A DNA stretch of 64,000 bases, from NCBI GenBank assembly GCA_965208125.1, contig OZ242320.1, forward strand, positions 1,024,001 to 1,088,000, in the 5' to 3' direction. The notes below the pieces were generated by a model. That model worked only from the letters and a program-made list of their open reading frames with translations, did no database searches and was not told the DNA's origin. Below are positions 36,963-46,111 of the stretch, one piece after another. Numbering within the stretch: position 1 is the stretch's first letter; each line of letters opens with the position of its first letter. The position numbers and the translations under genes are program-made. Source of the DNA: Candidatus Latescibacterota bacterium. Lineage in GTDB: Bacteria; Latescibacterota; UBA2968.

Positions 36963-38158
36963 TCGCTCAAAAACTCATCCAGCGCATCTACCGCCTCATC
37001 AATATGTTCTTTCTCAATCACCAGCGGGGGTAAAAAGCGCACCACATCCGGCCCTGCGACACACACTAAAATATCATTATTTTCCCGAATCGCATTCATC
37101 GCATCCGCCGCTGGTATCTCCTTCAGCACCGCGCCCGCGATCAACCCGCTGCCGCGAATCTCCGTCACCTTCTCGGCGTGTTTGTCTTTCAGTCCATTCA
37201 ACTTCCCAAACAAATACGCACTCTTCTCCTGGATACCCGCAATAAATTCGGAATCAGATATCGTCTTAAACACCTCAATCGCCACCGCACACGACACGGG
37301 ATGCGCTCCAAATGTCGCGGCGTGATCCCCCGGCTCCACGGCATCGGCCACATCCTGCGTCACAAGCGTCGCCCCAATCGGCAGCCCACCAGCCAGTGGT
37401 TTGGCAAGCGTCATAATATCTGGCGTCACGCCATACTGCTCATAGCAAAACAGCGAACCAGCCCGCACCAAACCGCACTGAATCTCATCGTAAATCAACA
37501 ACATCTTCATCTCATCGCACAGGGCACGGACACCTTTCAAAAATTCCGGATCTGCTGAATGAATACCCCCTTCTGCCTGTAGCGGCTCCAACAGCACAGC
37601 CACCGTCTGACCATCTGCTATCTTCTCCACCGACTCCAAATCGTTCAAGTCGGCAAACTCAATACCCGGCAGCATCGGCCCAAAACCCTGGTGATATCTG
37701 GGCTGACCCGTTGCAGAAATCCCGCCATAGGTTCGCCCGTGAAAAGAATTATTCATCGCGATAATTTTATTCTTGGGCGCATCTTCAAAATTCCTGTACC
37801 CCCACTTGCGCGCAAACTTCAGCGCCGCCTCAATGGACTCTGTTCCGCTATTGCAAAAAAACACGCGATCCGCAAACGAATGCTCGCACAACAACTGCGC
37901 CAGCTGAGGTGCCGGAATAGTGTGATACAAATTTGAAACATGGATCAACTTGCCCAACTGCGCGTTGGCAGCCTCTTGAATCATCGAATTATTATATCCC
38001 AAAGCATTGACAGACAGGCCACTTACGAAATCGAGATAGTGCTTGCCGTCCGTATCCACAATATGGACCCCATCCCCCTTTTCCAGCACAAACTCGGGCC
38101 GTCCGTAAGTTTGCAAGATGTACTTCTGTTCTAAGTCAATAATTTCTCGAGTCGTCAT
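36959..38158 (-). CDS. argD: Acetylornithine aminotransferase
   Basis: YLDFVSG, FFCNSGTE, SFHGRT, EPLQAEGG, DEIQCG, LAKPLAGG. Confidence 0.93.
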   Translation of the reverse strand: MTTREIIDLEQKYILQTYGRPEFVLEKGDGVHIVDTDGKHYLDFVSGLSVNALGYNNSMIQEAANAQLGKLIHVSNLYHTIPAPQLAQLLCEHSFADRVFFCNSGTESIEAALKFARKWGYRNFEDAPKNKIIAMNNSFHGRTYGGISATGQPRYHQGFGPMLPGIEFADLNDLESVEKIADGQTVAVLLEPLQAEGGIHSADPEFLKGVRALCDEMKMLLIYDEIQCGLVRAGSLFCYEQYGVTPDIMTLAKPLAGGLPIGATLVTQDVADAVEPGDHAATFGAHPVSCAVAIEVFKTISDSEFIAGIQEKSAYLFGKLNGLKDKHAEKVTEIRGSGLIAGAVLKEIPAADAMNAIRENNDILVCVAGPDVVRFLPPLVIEKEHIDEAVDALDEFLSD

Positions 38159-38181
38159 GCTAAATCCTTATAGTTAAAAAT

Positions 38182-39087
38182 TTACTGCACAATTTGCGTA
38201 CCAATACCCTCGCGGGTAAAAATCTCCAGCAAAAGCGCGTGCGGAACACTGCCGTCAATAATATGCGTCTTGTGAACACCGCCCTTCACAGAACGCTCAC
38301 AGGCCCGCAACTTGGGAATCATCCCCCCGCTGGCAATACCTCTCTCAATCAGCATCTCCACATCATTGACATGCAGTGTTGAAATCTGCGAATCCGGATC
38401 ATCTGGAAACCGTCGGATACCATTCACATCCGTCAAAAACACCAGCTTTTCCGCTTGCAGTGCCCGCGCAATCTCACCTGCTGCCGTATCGGCATTCACA
38501 TTATAACTCTCGCCCTCTGGCCCCAATCCAACAGGCGAAATAACGGGAATCATACCTTCTTCACAAGCCAGACGGACGGGTTCGGGATCAATTCGGGCGA
38601 CATCGCCAACATAGCCGATATCGACCTCTTTGGACTTCCCGTCTTCCTCCTCTACCGTCGCAAAATGCCGTGTCACATACATCACGCCAGCGTCTTTTGC
38701 CGACATGCCGCGCGCCCGTCCATCGAGTATCTCCAAACCATCGACAATGCGCCTGTTCACCTCGCCAAACAACGTATCTTCCACCACCTGCATCGACGCC
38801 TTATCGGTCACTCGCAAGCCATTGACCCATTCAGATTCAATACCTGATGCCTCCAGACGCCTGCTAATATCCTTCCCCCCACCGTGTACAACCACAGGAC
38901 GCATACCCACGGTCTCCATAAACACCAGATCGGCCATGATCGTAGGAGAACCGCCCTCTTCGGGCTGTGTGCTACCGCCGTATTTCACCACAATAATTTT
39001 GTCGCGAAATGCGCGAATATACGGAAATGCCTCAATTAAAATTTCAGCCTTTTCAATTATTTTTTGATCCAAGATTTTCTCCATCAC
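38182..39087 (-). CDS. argB: Acetylglutamate kinase
   Basis: VVKYGGS, VVHGGG, GLRVTD, YNVNAD, GGMIPKL, LLLEIFTREGIGT. Confidence 0.95.
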   Translation of the reverse strand: MMEKILDQKIIEKAEILIEAFPYIRAFRDKIIVVKYGGSTQPEEGGSPTIMADLVFMETVGMRPVVVHGGGKDISRRLEASGIESEWVNGLRVTDKASMQVVEDTLFGEVNRRIVDGLEILDGRARGMSAKDAGVMYVTRHFATVEEEDGKSKEVDIGYVGDVARIDPEPVRLACEEGMIPVISPVGLGPEGESYNVNADTAAGEIARALQAEKLVFLTDVNGIRRFPDDPDSQISTLHVNDVEMLIERGIASGGMIPKLRACERSVKGGVHKTHIIDGSVPHALLLEIFTREGIGTQIVQ

Positions 39088-40016
39088 ATTTTGGTAATCC
39101 CATAAAGCCGCGGCAGAGCCTGCATCAAATTCATATTTTCCACAGCCTGGGTCGCTGCGCCTTTTTGCAAATTGTCTTCCAGAGCATTAACATAAGCAAA
39201 ACCGTCATCAACCCCCAGCTTAATGATCAAAGCGTGCGTCCCCACCACATCGCGCGTACCCCACCAATGCGCGTCGGAATCTTCAACCACCTGCACCAGA
39301 TCGTCAGCGCCATAAGCACTTGCAATCGCCTCGCGCAACTGCGCAGCGGCATCTTCATTTGCCACCGCCTTCAACTCATCAGCCAATTCAACTCGAATAT
39401 TTGCATTGATACCCGCAAACACCGACCGCAGCACAACAGGCGTAAAATTCACTTCAAAACCCGAATACAAAACCATTTCGGGCACATGTTTGTGTCCCTT
39501 GCCATAGCTATACGCAATCTCATTGGACACATCCTCCACCTCGGCTCGCGCACCCGAATTGCCCGAAGTCGCCACAATCGTCGCTTCCCCCTGCACGAGT
39601 GTTTTGAGGGGATACAAAGCCAAAATAACACTCGTGGGATAACAACCCGGATTGCCCACCAGATGCGCCATAGCAATCTCTTTGGCAAACAGAGCAGGCA
39701 TGCCATAAACCGCTTCCTTGAGCAACTCAGGCGCCGTATGCACCAGACCATAACCCCTTTCAAACGCCTCTCTCGGCAACCGAAAAGCACCGCTCATATC
39801 GATCACCTTCGCACCTGCGGCCAGTGCCTCGGGCGCAAACTTCATCGACTCGGGATCCTTCGTCGCCAAAAACACCACATCGCAATCGGCCAAATTGCCA
39901 TCCCGACGCCTTGAATTTTGTCGAAACGCGATACTTACCCGATCATGGTGTTTCAACACCTTTTGGATCTCCTGCCCCACCATCCCCGTATCGCCGTAAA
40001 TGCCTATTTTGATCAC
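39084..40016 (-). CDS. argC: N-acetyl-gamma-glutamyl-phosphate reductase (short form)
   Basis: IDMSGAFRL, GNPGCYPTS, SGNSGA, DNLQKGAA; GTG start after AGGAAGGA. Confidence 0.9.
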   Translation of the reverse strand: MIKIGIYGDTGMVGQEIQKVLKHHDRVSIAFRQNSRRRDGNLADCDVVFLATKDPESMKFAPEALAAGAKVIDMSGAFRLPREAFERGYGLVHTAPELLKEAVYGMPALFAKEIAMAHLVGNPGCYPTSVILALYPLKTLVQGEATIVATSGNSGARAEVEDVSNEIAYSYGKGHKHVPEMVLYSGFEVNFTPVVLRSVFAGINANIRVELADELKAVANEDAAAQLREAIASAYGADDLVQVVEDSDAHWWGTRDVVGTHALIIKLGVDDGFAYVNALEDNLQKGAATQAVENMNLMQALPRLYGITKM

Positions 40017-40018
40017 CG

Positions 40019-40507
40019 TCAGGTCCTTCCTGTATTCCCTATTTGTCTCTGAATATCGCGCTCGAGATTCATCCGCGCTTCGGGAGACCGGCACAAAATA
40101 AAAATGGTATTCTCACCAGCAAGAGTACCCACAACCTCGGGCCATGACATCTGATCGATGGACTCACAAACCCCCTGCGCGTGACCCGTTATCGTCTTTA
40201 CAACCAGCATAAGGTCAACCCCATCCACACCCACGACAAAATCCTGCAATTCGCGCCGAAGCAAATTTTCGCCCTGTAAAACCAGCCGGTCTGTCCCGAT
40301 AAACACACCGGGAACCTGATAGCGAAACCCACCTTCGCCATCGGGCACTTTAACCACACCCAACTCCTTAATATCTTTTGACAGAGTCGATTGCGTGGTC
40401 GAAATCCCAACATCCTTCAACGCGGTGCTGAGTTCCTCTTGCCGAGCAATGGGCTGATGTGCAATCAGCTCTAAAATTTTTTGCTGGCGTTCTTGTTTCG
40501 CGCTCAT
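40019..40507 (-). CDS. argR: Arginine repressor
   Basis: RQQKILELI, TQSTLSKDIKELG, VVKT, VVGTLAGENT. Confidence 0.92.
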   Translation of the reverse strand: MSAKQERQQKILELIAHQPIARQEELSTALKDVGISTTQSTLSKDIKELGVVKVPDGEGGFRYQVPGVFIGTDRLVLQGENLLRRELQDFVVGVDGVDLMLVVKTITGHAQGVCESIDQMSWPEVVGTLAGENTIFILCRSPEARMNLERDIQRQIGNTGRT

Positions 40508-40516
40508 AGGACTATG

Positions 40517-40579
40517 AAAATACGTGAAAATACGCCTAAGTCAAGAATAAAAATTCATTTTTTTGAATTTTTATTCCTT
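40517..40579 (-). promoter_or_regulatory. argR operon promoter with tandem ARG boxes
   Basis: CAAGAATAAAAATTCATT (40542-59) and TTTGAATTTTTATTCCTT (40562-79) match the ARG consensus and overlap -35 TTGACT (40544-39). Confidence 0.8.
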
Positions 40580-42910
40580 TTTGGCGTACTTATCCAACCA
40601 CTCTGACATCTCCCACAGAACGTGCATAACCGACTCGCGCGCCCGATAGCCGTGGCTCTCGTGCGGCAACATCACCAATCGACAAACAGCGCCGTGCCCC
40701 TTGAGCGCATTGTAAAATCGCTCGCTCTGCATGGGAAACGTACCCGAATTATTATCCGCCTCACCGTGAATAAGCAGCAAAGGCGCACTAATTTTCGGCA
40801 CATGATAAAAAGGAGACATCGCCCCATAAACACCTGCTGCTTGCCAGAACGTGCGCTCTTCTGCCTGAAAACCAAAAGGCGTCAACGTGCGGTTATACGC
40901 GCCACTGCGCGCAATACCACAGCAAAACAAATCGGTATGTGCCAGCAAATTCGCCGTCATAAACCCGCCGTAGGAGTGTCCCCCCACCGCCACTTTTTCT
41001 GGATCGGCCACGCCCAGACGCACCAGCTCATCAACCGCGACCCTTGCACTATCGGCAAGCTGCTCGATATAAGTATCATTTGCCTCGCGATCTCCCTCGC
41101 CCACAATCGGCATCGCCGGACCATCCAGCACAGCATAACCCCGCGCCAAAAAAGGCAACGCGCCGTGCGAACTGATACGCACAAAGCGAAAAGGAGAATC
41201 CTTCACCTGACCCGCGGCATCTGCACTCTTAAATTCGCGGGGATAAGCCCACATCAGCACGGGCAGCGGACCATCGTCTCTTTTATATCCGGGCGGCAAA
41301 TACAACGTCCCATTCAACTGCACCCCATCTTTGCGCTGGTACTGAACCAGCGACTTCTCCACCGCCTTCAACTGCGGCATCGGATGAACAAAATGCGTGA
41401 GCTGCCGCATATCATTGCGCCCTAAATCCCGCACATAATAATTGGTCGGCTCATCAACACTCTCCCGGCTCATCAACACCGTATTGGCATCTATCATCGT
41501 CGTTGGCCGCTCGTAAAACGGCCCCTGGGAATGCATGAGGCGTTCCGCCTTACCCGTCTCCAGATCATAGCGATCCAAAAATGGGCGATCGCCTTTGGGC
41601 GACGCACCATCACCTGCAAAAAACATATAGCGTTGCGACGCATCCGTCATCAACACAGACCGACCATTGGGCAACCGCGTAAACACAGGCGCGCCCGGCG
41701 CGCCATAGCGATCTTCCCACGACCGATCAAACAACACCTGCGGTTCAAAATCCGAATCATCCGGGCGAATGCGCCACGTACGCACGCGCCGCGTCTTCCA
41801 CCAGCGCTCTGAAACCAACGCGAGATCACCCGTCCCCCACGAACACCCACCATAGCGCATCGCCAGCGACATAAGCACGCGCCCATCACCCTCATAAGGC
41901 GCGTCGAGCGCATATACAACATCGCGCACCGCCACATCCACCTCGGGATCGCCGCCATCCTGTGCCACAACCCACGTCACGGTTGCAGGCGCATCTGCCC
42001 GCCAGCCAAACGAACGCGCACCTTCGGGCACGGCATCATAAGCAATCGGAATAGACTCGGCCAATGGCAAATCCACGAGTTCGCGCACCTCGCGTCCGTC
42101 CAGATCCCATATCGCCACCTTTGTTGGAAAACGATACGAAGGCACCAGATACGAAAACGGTCGGTGAATGCTCAACACCAGCATATAACGACCATCTGGC
42201 GACGGATCGGCGCGAAGAATCAACCCGGGAGAACCCAGAGGTCTCACATCGCCATTCAGGCGCACAAGTGCAACCTGCGAAGTGGCATAATATTCAAATA
42301 ACAACTCATCGTGTGCATTCTTCAACAAATCTTGATACGTGCGCGATGGTGCTGCCCGCTCCCCCACATTTTCCTGAATCACCGGACCTCTGGGCACGCG
42401 GGGCACCTCGGGCGGATCACCCCGACCATCACACACCGCGCGCACCAACAGCCCCGAACTATCCGGCAACCAGACCATAGCCCCACCAAACACCTGATTC
42501 AATTTCACATCGCCAACCGGATGTGCCCTGCCCGTCTCCGCATTGCCGACCCAAAGATCAATCCCATTATCCCCCGTCACCGAAAAAGCAAACCACTGCC
42601 CATCGGGCGCCCAATAAGCCCGTCCAATTCTCGCATCCTTCGGCAACCCCGTCACAGGTATCTCACGACCATCGGCAACCCACTTGAGCGTCAGCCCATT
42701 GTAAAACCCCACGCGACTTTGCCCATTCACATCCGGATCCAGGCGCAAACCCGCCAGACGCAACTCGGACCGCGACACCTCCTCAATAGACGGTGCGCCC
42801 GGACGGTGCATCAACAGCAGCACTGTCCTCGTCGGATCAATACTAAACGAAGGCGTCAAAGGCGCGTCAACAATCGCAGCGAGTTCTTCTGGTGGCATCT
42901 CGTAAGACAT
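40571..42910 (-). CDS. S9 family peptidase (prolyl oligopeptidase clan, glutamyl endopeptidase-like)
   Basis: GGHSYGG, ARSGAYNRTLTPFGFQ, HGEADNNSGT, PHESHGY; beta-propeller N-terminus. Confidence 0.92.
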   Translation of the reverse strand: MSYEMPPEELAAIVDAPLTPSFSIDPTRTVLLLMHRPGAPSIEEVSRSELRLAGLRLDPDVNGQSRVGFYNGLTLKWVADGREIPVTGLPKDARIGRAYWAPDGQWFAFSVTGDNGIDLWVGNAETGRAHPVGDVKLNQVFGGAMVWLPDSSGLLVRAVCDGRGDPPEVPRVPRGPVIQENVGERAAPSRTYQDLLKNAHDELLFEYYATSQVALVRLNGDVRPLGSPGLILRADPSPDGRYMLVLSIHRPFSYLVPSYRFPTKVAIWDLDGREVRELVDLPLAESIPIAYDAVPEGARSFGWRADAPATVTWVVAQDGGDPEVDVAVRDVVYALDAPYEGDGRVLMSLAMRYGGCSWGTGDLALVSERWWKTRRVRTWRIRPDDSDFEPQVLFDRSWEDRYGAPGAPVFTRLPNGRSVLMTDASQRYMFFAGDGASPKGDRPFLDRYDLETGKAERLMHSQGPFYERPTTMIDANTVLMSRESVDEPTNYYVRDLGRNDMRQLTHFVHPMPQLKAVEKSLVQYQRKDGVQLNGTLYLPPGYKRDDGPLPVLMWAYPREFKSADAAGQVKDSPFRFVRISSHGALPFLARGYAVLDGPAMPIVGEGDREANDTYIEQLADSARVAVDELVRLGVADPEKVAVGGHSYGGFMTANLLAHTDLFCCGIARSGAYNRTLTPFGFQAEERTFWQAAGVYGAMSPFYHVPKISAPLLLIHGEADNNSGTFPMQSERFYNALKGHGAVCRLVMLPHESHGYRARESVMHVLWEMSEWLDKYAKKE

Positions 42911-42933
42911 AATTTTTCTGCTCCTTTTTTTGG

Positions 42934-43305
42934 TTACGGTATATCCAGAGAAAATAAAACACCTATCGCAATACCCATCGCCATCATAAATAACCCCCAG
43001 GAAAATCCAAACATGTTCTTTCGAAAAAACTTCTTATACATCCACATCGGCAATGTCACATTTTGTTCTTTATACTTTCTAAATGCTTGATCCAGTTGGA
43101 TTTCAATCAGGCCATCCACAACCTCTTGTAAATGCGAAACCGTTACTTCTCTGTATTTCCCATCCGACATTTTTACAATTAAAGGGTCTCTATCACTTAA
43201 AAACTGAGAATCATTTTTATTATCGTAAACATACCCATCATCATACATCTCCTGCACGATATTCTGCACAATATCTTCAGGGACTTTTACATAAATAGAT
43301 TGCAT
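42934..43305 (-). CDS. Hypothetical protein with C-terminal TM anchor
   Basis: RBS AGGAG before ATG 43305; AT-rich; terminal hydrophobic helix. Confidence 0.6.
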   Translation of the reverse strand: MQSIYVKVPEDIVQNIVQEMYDDGYVYDNKNDSQFLSDRDPLIVKMSDGKYREVTVSHLQEVVDGLIEIQLDQAFRKYKEQNVTLPMWMYKKFFRKNMFGFSWGLFMMAMGIAIGVLFSLDIP

Positions 43306-43372
43306 GTTTTCTTCTCCTGTATCAGTTCGACAAGTCCTAAATACTCCCTCAAAACAGGGTAACTCCAATGCT

Positions 43373-43702
43373 TTAGCCCTTGGAGTGCGTCAAATTCACA
43401 GGGCTTATTTCTGCAAGTTCGTCTTTCAAAGATTGCTCTACACGCCACAAATCACAAGCTTGTTGCAGGCGCAACCAGAGTTCGGGACCGTTGCCGACGA
43501 GTTTTCCTATTCTAAGTGCCATTTCTATTGTAATCGGATGCGTACAGGCCAGAACGCGATGCAATTGTTGACGCGAAACACCGAGTCTTCGAGCAGCTTC
43601 ACTAACCGATAACTCAAGCGACGGCAATACATCTTCGCGCAGAATCTCACCCGGATGAACAGGCGCGCGCTTCAACGGACGTTTGACAGAATATTCAGCC
43701 AT
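43373..43702 (-). CDS. higA: HigA antitoxin (HTH)
   Basis: PVHPGEILRED, AARRLGVSRQ, EMALRI, WLRLQ. Confidence 0.9.
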   Translation of the reverse strand: MAEYSVKRPLKRAPVHPGEILREDVLPSLELSVSEAARRLGVSRQQLHRVLACTHPITIEMALRIGKLVGNGPELWLRLQQACDLWRVEQSLKDELAEISPVNLTHSKG

Positions 43703-43709
43703 TGTCACC

Positions 43710-43985
43710 TCAATGATATTGCTCAAGATTGACCCTGAGTGCATCACCATCTTGCCATTCGAACGTAATACACCACGGGCCATTGACGTGGATACTATAA
43801 CGTTTGGGTAATCCTTGCAGACCGTGAAAATTGAATCCCGGCATATTCAAGTCTGTCAATGATTCCGCTTGATCGAGAACTTCCAAACGACGTAAGCAAC
43901 GCCTTTGCAAATCCCAACGCACTCGGCGGCTGTGACCGCGTTCGAAAAGCTCGACAAGACCTTTATGCTTAAAACTTATGATCAT
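43710..43985 (-). CDS. higB: HigB (RelE-family) toxin
   Basis: MIISFKHKGL, PGFNFHGLQG, SIHVNGPWCITF. Confidence 0.9.
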   Translation of the reverse strand: MIISFKHKGLVELFERGHSRRVRWDLQRRCLRRLEVLDQAESLTDLNMPGFNFHGLQGLPKRYSIHVNGPWCITFEWQDGDALRVNLEQYH

Positions 43986-43992
43986 TTATAGA

Positions 43993-44020
43993 AATGTAAC
44001 ATACTTTGTTACACTGTCAA
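43993..44020 (-). promoter_or_regulatory. higBA promoter with palindromic operator
   Basis: TGTAACA-tactt-TGTTACA inverted repeat between -35 TTGACA and -10 TACATT. Confidence 0.7.
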
Positions 44021-44061
44021 CAATTATTAATACCTTTCGCGTCGGCACAGGTGTTGACCAG

Positions 44062-44129
44062 ATAAACTCGCGACACAAATTCTCAACACAAAAACGCCAT
44101 CAGCTATTTGCCGATGGCGTTCATGCTTA
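44062..44129. repeat. Copy of the ~65-bp terminator-containing dispersed repeat
   Basis: Aligns with 8189-8255 including the flank 5' of the hairpin. Confidence 0.75.
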
Positions 44130-44184
44130 CATCCATATCGTAAATTGACAAAGCAACGATTGAAACGCAAGAACAAAATTTATG

Positions 44185-44808
44185 CTATTGCCCATATCTT
44201 GTCCACACAAGATGATTATTAGTTTGGATGATTCGTCCTATATTAGTATTGGCTTTCAGAGAATCCAAAAGAGATGAAAATTTCTCTCCACTCATTGACA
44301 TTACAACTGGTGTAAGACTTATTACAGAGGACAAATTAAGTATCCCACGAAGATAGGTCTCAGGCACACTGCGAAGTGTGAGGACACCGATAGTATCAGA
44401 CATACTCCCACTCACGCGGATACTATCAGTGAGTCTCGCGAAGTACAAATAATACCGGTCTTCGGGATTCTCTTTCATACGTCCAATACTGAATGTGCCT
44501 CTGATACCAATGTACGGATCATTGAGGAAATATTTTCCAGAGAACTGCTCATAAAATCTAAAGAATGCATAATTCCACTCGATATAGTGAAAAGAACTAT
44601 CCGCACGGGTGCCGAAGGAATATACTAAACTTGACTCTCTTGGCCAAAAACCACCAGCGAGGTTCTCATAACTCAGTTCTTTATATTGAGGTTCTGGCTT
44701 TGGTTCTGATTCTGTTATAGGTTCTGGCTCAGGCTCAGGTCCTGTACTATTACCGCCACAACTCAGGATACAAAACGCAAGCAGAATACACCAAAACCGG
44801 TTCATCAC
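44185..44808 (-). CDS. Hypothetical lipoprotein
   Basis: Lipobox ILSC followed by a PEPEPEP linker; AT-rich. Confidence 0.7.
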   Translation of the reverse strand: MMNRFWCILLAFCILSCGGNSTGPEPEPEPITESEPKPEPQYKELSYENLAGGFWPRESSLVYSFGTRADSSFHYIEWNYAFFRFYEQFSGKYFLNDPYIGIRGTFSIGRMKENPEDRYYLYFARLTDSIRVSGSMSDTIGVLTLRSVPETYLRGILNLSSVISLTPVVMSMSGEKFSSLLDSLKANTNIGRIIQTNNHLVWTRYGQ

Positions 44809-44838
44809 AACCTCCGCTATTTAGCGGCTTGTCACACC

Positions 44839-45972
44839 CTAAAACCATCTCTTGTAATAAAACGGGCTACTTTCATCTTCATTCAACTGCTTCACCACCT
44901 CGTAGAACCACATATCCAGCGGCATCTCATGCGCGTCCAATCGCGGAAAAGGATTAAAATCATCGGACTTCAGCGTCTTGCCGATAACATCCAGCATCCC
45001 CAAACCCAACTCTGGCACATCCACGCGCTGGATACCCGCTCTCTCCATCAATTTATCATACACATAAGACATCGTCGTACCGCCCGGAATAAACGGCAAA
45101 GCGCGCGTCCGCATCACCGGGAAAAACACATTCACCACCTTGCGATCTGTACCATAAGCCTCAGCAGTCGCCGCTTGAATCGCATCCTTGGGCAAATACA
45201 AACTCGTCGAATACGCGCCATTGCGCCCGTATTCCACCGCCGCTGGATCGCGACTCGGCTTATCCAGACTACCGCGCCAATCGCAAAAAGCCGTCACAGC
45301 CACGGAAATCCCCGAATCCATCAGCACATCTGTAAACTGCACAGCCATATCGCCCATCACAAATTTGGTCGCCTCAACAGCCCGCTCAGACAAAGGCGTC
45401 AACTGCCACTGGAACAAACCCTCTGCATCGACATCCTTCACAAATGCCGGAGGATAACCCGGCAAAATCCCCGAACTCGCTGCTGCCGTTGAATTGACAT
45501 AAATCACATCCTCCGCATCGGCTGCTTTGAGCGCATCTACGATCTTATCCAACGCCCTTCCCTCCAATGCGTACCCATCATTAATCCAGTGAAAACGGTC
45601 GCCAAAACCAGCCGCATCTGCGCGCATCTGCATCTCCTCGCCCGTCGCATATCCCAGCGACCTCGACAAATCGCGTGCCACCACCGTCAGACTTCCACTT
45701 TCGGCAACCAGATCGAGCAACGCAGTCGCCACCGAACAACCAATGCCCAACCCCGTCCCCCCAACAATCACAAAATGTCGTCCCCTTACCCAATCGAGCG
45801 CGTATCTATCCACAGCAACGCGCTGTGCCGACTGCCGCTGATCCAGCAATTTAACCGCCTCTACCGGAAACGCCTCAACCTCTTCTTTGCTCGGCCGCGA
45901 AACCGCCGGCGCGCCTTCCACAATACGCACCCCCGGCATCGGACTTGCAAACGGACTTGGAAAATCACTCAT
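44839..45972 (-). CDS. Hypothetical Rossmann-fold protein (possibly distant FabV/TER-like reductase)
   Basis: FVIVGGTGLGIG nucleotide-binding motif; RBS AGGAG before ATG 45972. Confidence 0.5.
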   Translation of the reverse strand: MSDFPSPFASPMPGVRIVEGAPAVSRPSKEEVEAFPVEAVKLLDQRQSAQRVAVDRYALDWVRGRHFVIVGGTGLGIGCSVATALLDLVAESGSLTVVARDLSRSLGYATGEEMQMRADAAGFGDRFHWINDGYALEGRALDKIVDALKAADAEDVIYVNSTAAASSGILPGYPPAFVKDVDAEGLFQWQLTPLSERAVEATKFVMGDMAVQFTDVLMDSGISVAVTAFCDWRGSLDKPSRDPAAVEYGRNGAYSTSLYLPKDAIQAATAEAYGTDRKVVNVFFPVMRTRALPFIPGGTTMSYVYDKLMERAGIQRVDVPELGLGMLDVIGKTLKSDDFNPFPRLDAHEMPLDMWFYEVVKQLNEDESSPFYYKRWF

Positions 45973-46008
45973 ATTATTTCTCCTATTAAACGTGAAAAGC
46001 ACACCTCT

Positions 46009-46082
46009 TGGACTCCTGCTTTCGCAGGAGTGACGACAGGAATAACTATTGTCATTGCGGCATGGTTTAAGCCGCAATCCAG
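46009..46082. repeat. Inverted doublet of REP-like palindromes (GGA...TGAC / GTCA...TCCAG)
   Basis: tggactcctgc-tttc-gcaggagtgac ... gtcattgcggc-atggtttaa-gccgcaatccag. Confidence 0.7.
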
Positions 46083-46111
46083 TGAGCGGTGTTGAAGGGT
46101 CGTCTTACGTC

